The notes beneath the pieces were generated by a model. That model was given only the letters and a program-made list of their open reading frames with translations, was not told where the DNA came from and did not search any database. Below are positions 54,277 through 64,000 of a stretch of DNA of 64,000 bases, piece after piece. The stretch covers positions 6,014,001 through 6,078,000 of the forward strand of contig OZ059899.1 of assembly GCA_964057225.1 (NCBI GenBank), given 5' to 3'. Position 1 is the stretch's first letter; every line of letters begins with the position of its first letter. The position numbers were made by a program, and so were the translations under genes. This stretch comes from Auanema rhodensis (Eukaryota > Animalia > Nematoda).

Positions 54277-56885
54277 CACCAGCCCTTGTTAGCACTATTA
54301 TCAGGGACAAATACGTCTGCTAGAGTAATGAGGTGGGCCATCGAACTGCGAGGATACAGAATATGCAAAGAATATGTTAAAGGTACAACTAACAAGATAG
54401 CAGACGTTTTATCGAGAGGGCCAGTGCAAGAGAACATAGAACTATCACATTTTATAAATGAAACTGTAATAGCACAGATCATAGAAAAAGAGAAATGGTT
54501 ACAAGAGCTTGAAACGGACAGTGAAATAAAAGAAATAATCGATGACATTCGTAGTGGTAAGAATATTCCTAATTATGAAATTGTCAACGATTTTTTGTGT
54601 CGTATTGATGATTACGCGTAAAGTGGCGCCAACCACCGTAAGACCAAAACTCGTAGAACAATATCACGGGGGGAAGTGGGCAGGACATTTCGGTATTCCA
54701 CGTACTGTAAAAAGATTGAAAGAACACTATTGGTGGAAAGGGTTAGAGAAAGATGTATGAGAGTATCACAAAAAATGCATAAATGCAGGATGCAAGCTAA
54801 CAAATATGAAAGGTAGTCAAGTTCCGCCACTAAAGCCAATTTTAACAAGTTCGCCATTTGAATTAATAGCGATAGACCTGTTAGAGTTAGGAAAGACTAC
54901 GAGAGGACATGAGTATGTTCTAACGATAGTAGATCACTTTTCCAAGTGGATGGGTGCATATGCGTTAAAGACTAAATCTGCAAGAGAAGTATGTGATGTT
55001 ATAGCATATGAATGGGTAGCCAGGTGTGGATGGTGGCCTAGGAAAATCTTGTCAGATCGAGGTACGGAATTTGACAACGCGCTAATGGAATAGTTAAGTA
55101 GGCAGTTTGATATTGAAGTAGCCAAGACCAAGGGGTATAACTCGCGCATGAACGGAAGTGTTGAAAGAGCGCAACAAACATTACAGAGGATGTTAAAAAA
55201 GCAGACAGTCCCCCCAGCAGAGTTGGATAGACTTCTGCCCTTTGTTGTATTCGCATGCAATACATCCAGTCATGAAAGTACTGGGTTTACACCTTATGAG
55301 TTAGTGTACTGCATAGCTTCACCCGAGATTATGGGAAAATATGAGCCTACGTAGCATTTGACACAGTATGAAGATTATATAAGTGAGTTAAGAGAAGTAC
55401 TCGCTTATGCACAAGGTTTAGCAAAGGATAACCTTGCAAAGCAAGCAGAAAGAATGAAAAAGAGATATGACACGGTAAAAAAAGTCAATATGGACAAACT
55501 ACCAAAAACGGGAGATACGGTGTATCTGAAGTTAGGAAATAATGCAGATCCCCATCGTAAATTAATGCATAATATGAAAGGTCCATGTACCGTCGTAGAT
55601 GCGGGGGTTACTTCTTCTAGAATACAAGAGAGTCGAAATAGGAATGAGATGCGCGTGCAGCATGACCTATTAATACCTGTAGATAAGAGTATGTGTGAGC
55701 CTAAGTGTGTAGGGAAAGGCAGACGTACGAGAGGAAGGCCTCGTAAGGACGCAAATACTGTTGTGTCACAAGTGTACGTTAACTCAACTTATTTCAGTGC
55801 AACTGAAAGTATGCTACGAGAACGGTTGTTAAACAGGATACGAGGAAATGTAAAGCCGGTTGAGAAGTTGCCGACACAGAAGGATAATTTACTTATCCTG
55901 CCTCCTTCAATGATGATAGTAAAGAACCCTGGAGCTTTCCACATCAAAGGTGGAGCGGTACGGATCGGAAATGTACGTAGAGGTGTCTCAGACGCTTTAG
56001 GAGAAGATTGGAGAGATGTCCCAAAGCTAGTTATCGCCTTACCAAAGATGGTTCGATCCGATATCAAAAATTGGCTACCGGTTAAGATGTTACGAGAGTT
56101 TACTGAAAAACATCACACCAGAAGGATAGTGGTGGTATACCCGCCCGTTACAACGGTGGGCTACGAGGAAGTCGTAGGGGTGATTGAACAGGAGGTTCGG
56201 GTTATAAAAATGTGACTTGAAGCCAATAGCGTTGAGGCTAAGAACGACACTATCGGGGATCTGGACTTCGGAGCGATTCGTTTACATCGATGTGCAGGGA
56301 TGCCTGGGGCTGGTAAAGAAGACCTATTTGAACGCAGAAGAAGCCGAGATTTTCCTATGGACACTCTCTATACACCTCGTGAAGCTGGTGGACAGTTCTT
56401 ATCATATCACAATCGAACGGAAGTCAGCTGAGGAACCGTCTCCGAAGACTAGAAAGCGCAATTTTTCATCACGTCAAGAAATATCCAAAACGAGAAGACA
56501 GGGACGCCTTCATATGTAAGCCCCCCCCCATGTTGTAGTTAAATATACGACTAGTATATCGATTCCACTTTTTATATATATGATCTCGTTGACCAGGTGT
56601 TTTCCCGCTCTTTCTATACTGTATAATTGATGCCTGGAGCTCTGTGACTGCTCTCTGAAAGTCCGAATCGTCGTTGCTTTAAAGGAAACCTATTTTTTGT
56701 TCCTTCACTAGGGGTCGTAATACACACACTTTTTGTCTTATTATAGCTTATTATTGTGCTACAGCATTTAGTTTTAATATTTGTATTGGTTCTGTTTAAT
56801 TTTTTGAGTTTCTTCTTTTAATAAAGGTTTTTTCTAAAGTCAAACTTCCAAAATTACATTCGCAGTACGCCAAAACCATCACACA
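54277..56885 (+). mobile_element. Ty3/Gypsy LTR retrotransposon, degenerate 3' half (RNase H end, integrase, 3' ORF, probable 3' LTR)
   Basis: HQPL, RWAIEL, N.IADVLSR; HGGKWAGHFG; FELIAIDL, IVDHFSKW, SDRGTEF, NGSVER; several stops and frameshifts. Confidence 0.9.
56531..56885 (+). repeat. Probable 3' LTR of the Gypsy element
   Basis: TGT...ACA ends, internal TATA-like run and AATAAA; ends a few nt before the duplicated host segment; no second LTR to confirm and the upstream tract is C-rich rather than purine-rich. Confidence 0.5.
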
Positions 56886-56889
56886 TATG

Positions 56890-57211
56890 TAAACATATTG
56901 TAAAACTTTTACTTATACAGGTGATTGAATTAATTAATTAAATTATTTTTTTTCTTTTTTTTCAGAGTGGTTTACCATTTCTATTTTTAGAAATTCCTCT
57001 TTTAGCTTTTTATTTCTTTCTTTTTGTTTTTGATTATAAATTTCAAAAAGCTCAATTGTTATATTTAACAATAAGCTTTAACCTTCTTCCAATAGCAAAT
57101 CCATTAATATCAATGATTTTTCTTAAAGATTATAGAAATTTTATTTTAAGAAAATTTGGAAGTTTGACCAACAACAGTTCAAAAGTTTCACGAGCAGAAG
57201 AATGTACATAG
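56890..57211 (+). pseudogene. Orphan 3' end of the serpentine receptor gene
   Basis: Duplicate of 33700-34021 with no 5' exons. Confidence 0.85.
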
Positions 57212-57363
57212 AGTTCTATCCAACCTTGGGGGGGGGGGCAAAACAACTGATCAAATTCTTCTTATAATAATGGTCAAAAGCAGATGATCAGTATAAATAT
57301 GTCAATAAGAATAACCAAGATGATTTCAATTGAAAATATTTATTTGAAATAAGTTATTTTAAC

Positions 57364-60039
<2,676 letters not shown>

Positions 60040-60394
60040 CTAAAATATAAAATATTATAAAAAACATAAGAAACATTAAATGTTTTAAGCTATTTCAATG
60101 ATTTTTATGTTCTTTTCTTTATCTTATAAATTTAATTTTAACTCCCCCTCTTTCTTTTTCTTTTATTTTCTTATCATAATAAGCACATAATATAAACTTT
60201 TAGCAGATGTACAGCTTTTTTTCAATAATTTTCTTTTTTGTGCATATATCTTATCAAAATAAAATATTTTATTATTCTATATTAAATACTATATATTGAA
60301 AATCATGTGATGAAATAATCAGATGAAAATCTAAAAATAAAAAAAAGTATCTGATATAGATGATCGGTCGAATCATGATAAAGCTATATTATTA

Positions 60395-60660
60395 CAGGGT
60401 GGCGCTTAAGTATGTTCGTAAAAAGTAAAATGCAAGTTTTGGCCATCAAACTTGCCAGACCTGAATCCCATGGATTTTCCGTATATCTAGAAGAAAGTAT
60501 TGAAGAAAGACCTTACAATCTGCTGATCATCTTAAACAAGAATTACTTCTAGCATGGGACAAAATAGATAAAGCATATCTACGACCAAAGGTTGGATCAA
60601 TAGATCGAAGACTGAAAGCTTGTATCAAAAAGAACCAAAGCGACATTTTGAACATTTGCT
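60395..60660 (+). mobile_element. Tc1/mariner (maT-like) transposon relic
   Basis: TA|CAGGGTGG end and WPSNLPDLNPMDF (WPxxSPDLNP motif) at 60440; right end not resolved. Confidence 0.7.
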
Positions 60661-60756
60661 ATAATATTAATATTATTATAATATGTTTTGATCTTGAGTA
60701 AAATTTAATAGTAATTAATTTATTTTTGAATTATTTAACCATATACAAACAAAGTT

Positions 60757-62394
60757 TTATAAAACTTTTAAACAAGCCTGAAAATATTATATAATTTGAT
60801 TATTAATATTGTTTTTTTACCATTTCCATATTATGTACCAGATATGGACGATTTCGTCCATAAAATATAGAGAATGGGCATTGACTAGACCAAGAACATG
60901 AGTCAATATAGGAAGTAAGAGGAATAAAACTTGAATTTTGATTAGCAGAAAACATTAACTATAACATATATATATGAAAAATTATAATTATTATAGTATA
61001 AATAACCTGAACACTATAATTATTCTTATCATCTTTCCATAACTCGAAAGCAAGCATTGAAGCATAATCAACATTTTTCATTCCTATTACTTTTTTACGA
61101 ATTCCCAATGAACGAAGTACAGCATCAACACTAGTGTCATGCTAAATGGAATTAATACAACATTTTCTTTTTTCAAAAATATACTTACAGCGCTATATAC
61201 AAACATTTTTGGAGTTTTAATATTTGTATTATTTTGAATTTCACTCATATCTTGTAAAACTTTTGTTATAAATGGTCCTCCACTAAGTTTTAATAGTTCT
61301 GTTGATTCACCTTCACCAAAATCAGCTGAAAATACAGTTTTTTCTTTTTAGTTTCTAAGAAATATTCACCTTCTCCTTCTAAAAATCCTAATACTCGATA
61401 ATGATATTCAGTTAATTCTTTATAAAACACATCAGTTATCCATGCTGGTTGAGGAAGTTTATAGAATTCTTTCTGAAAATTGAAAATATTTTTTAAATAT
61501 AAAAATAAATTAAAATTACTTCAATTCGCACACAATCATAAAATTCTTTTAATGTTTTAATATTTTTCAAATTATCTCCAGTGTTTCTCATAACTTCTGA
61601 AATCATTGGCTGAAATATACAAATAATATGAGATAATACGATGATATCCTTACCAGATGCAAAGCTTCATACTCCAAAAACTGCTTATTATTTGCTCTTA
61701 AACCAATCAATTCATCTGTTCTGCCACATGAAAAGGGTTCAACCGTCTGATAAATATTGAGAATTAAATTATATTTATATAATATATATAATACATGTTT
61801 ATGAATTCCACTAACTGTTCGTACAGGTACAGGAGTCCAATTTGAAGGCCATCGTGAATCATTAGGTGAAGTATTCTGAGAAGTTGAATAAAATGCTGCC
61901 ATATTAGATTGACAACTTTGTAAGCATCTATACGATTGTGCTGATTCAAGAGATATCTATAAATTATTTTATAAACTATTTGAAAATATTAGAAAATTTT
62001 AATACTTCTAAACTATTATAATTTGGATTTATGAACTTTAATTTATTAATATATCTATTTTGAAGTTTAAATCCTTGATTAAGATGTTGTTCCATTCCGA
62101 TATGAAATTAAATAATTAAAATTATTTTAATTTTATGAATTTATACATACTGTTGTTAATTCACCATGTGGCCATTTACTCCAGAACTCTTTATTTGGAT
62201 CAGTATCATAGATTTTAAGAGGAGTACGATCACCATGTCGAAATATCTAATAATGAAATAACAAATTTTTAAATTTTATAAAAAATATTTTCAAATACCA
62301 AATGAACTTGAACTAATTCATCAGATGTAGCATAGCTGGCCAAGCACAAATAACAGAAAATATTTATAAAATTGAAAGAATTCATTCTTTTCAT
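60757..62394 (-). CDS. Histidine acid phosphatase, secreted/lysosomal type
   Basis: IFRHGDRTP, G.LT..G, WTPVPV, GGP, YSAHD; last exon uncertain. Confidence 0.88.
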
Positions 62395-63055
62395 TTACAA
62401 ATATTTCAAAAGAATTTTCTTATCAATTTTGGTTCGTATCAAATTAAAACATAATGTTTGATTATGATTTTCAAAGTGGCATTTGAACTTTTCAAGCTAA
62501 TAAAGACTCTTTTGAATCTCAAAGATCAAGTTGATTTTGAAAAAGTTGAAACATGCTTTAATATTAATATTTGTTATATTCTAACTATATATTTAATTCT
62601 ATTTATTTATAATTTAATATTTAAATATAATATATTTCAAAATAGGCAATGACGGTTTTTTAACCAAAAACATACATATGTTCAATAACCAGTTTCAGGT
62701 TCCAAATTAAGTTTATCAATATCGTATATATACTTAATAGATAATTTAGTTCATTTCATAAAGTTATATTGATATGATAAACATTATTAAAAGATTAATT
62801 TTTTCTTTTATAAAAATTAAAAATTATCAATTGAAATTAGTTTTAAAACTTTTTTTTTCTTTACAAAGATTGGCTTATCATCTCAGATTGAATAATTGCT
62901 TGCTTCACCTCTGTATCTTCTATTTTCTAAAAAAAAAAAGTAAAATCTGAGATTTTGGTTTCTTAATTTCATATAATTTCATCGAATATTTGATTTTAAT
63001 TGAAAAGAATAAATAAATTGGTGGATTTTCACTTTATTCCCCGAATAGATATCTA

Positions 63056-63998
<943 letters not shown>

Positions 63999-64000
63999 GT

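Noticed and set aside
45686-56067. Opposite-strand ORFs (45686-46048, 47458-47940, 52091-52648, 54934-55260, 55789-56067)
   Set aside because: Antisense shadows of identified Maverick and Gypsy genes

Overview
AT-rich eukaryotic DNA, almost certainly nematode: introns of about 40-50 nt, TTTCAG acceptors, operon-like spacing, a serpentine chemoreceptor and a mec-7-like tubulin. Bases 1-34 kb are host genes: a secreted protein, OGG1 with an intronless PSTK gene nested in its first intron on the same strand, TMEM268-like, hel-1/UAP56, scc-3/STAG, emc-10, BAP18-like, mrps-28, pgk-1, a 4-TM protein, two MFS sugar transporters and a serpentine GPCR. A ~19.9-kb foreign island (37001-56889) lies between two near-identical direct copies of a 2.76-kb host segment (33700-37000 and 56890-59653). 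The island holds an intact spliced PaREP1/HEPN-like gene, a truncated Maverick/Polinton (A), a second Maverick (B, 41816-54276, perfect 36-bp TIRs) and a Gypsy LTR fragment. Maverick B encodes integrase, ATPase, both capsids, a protease and a pPolB with 8 host-sized spliceosomal introns. The left duplicate also carries a young Merlin-like element. The right end has a carboxylesterase, a mariner relic, a histidine acid phosphatase and the 3' part of a beta-tubulin. All family calls come from motif recognition by eye; no searches were run.
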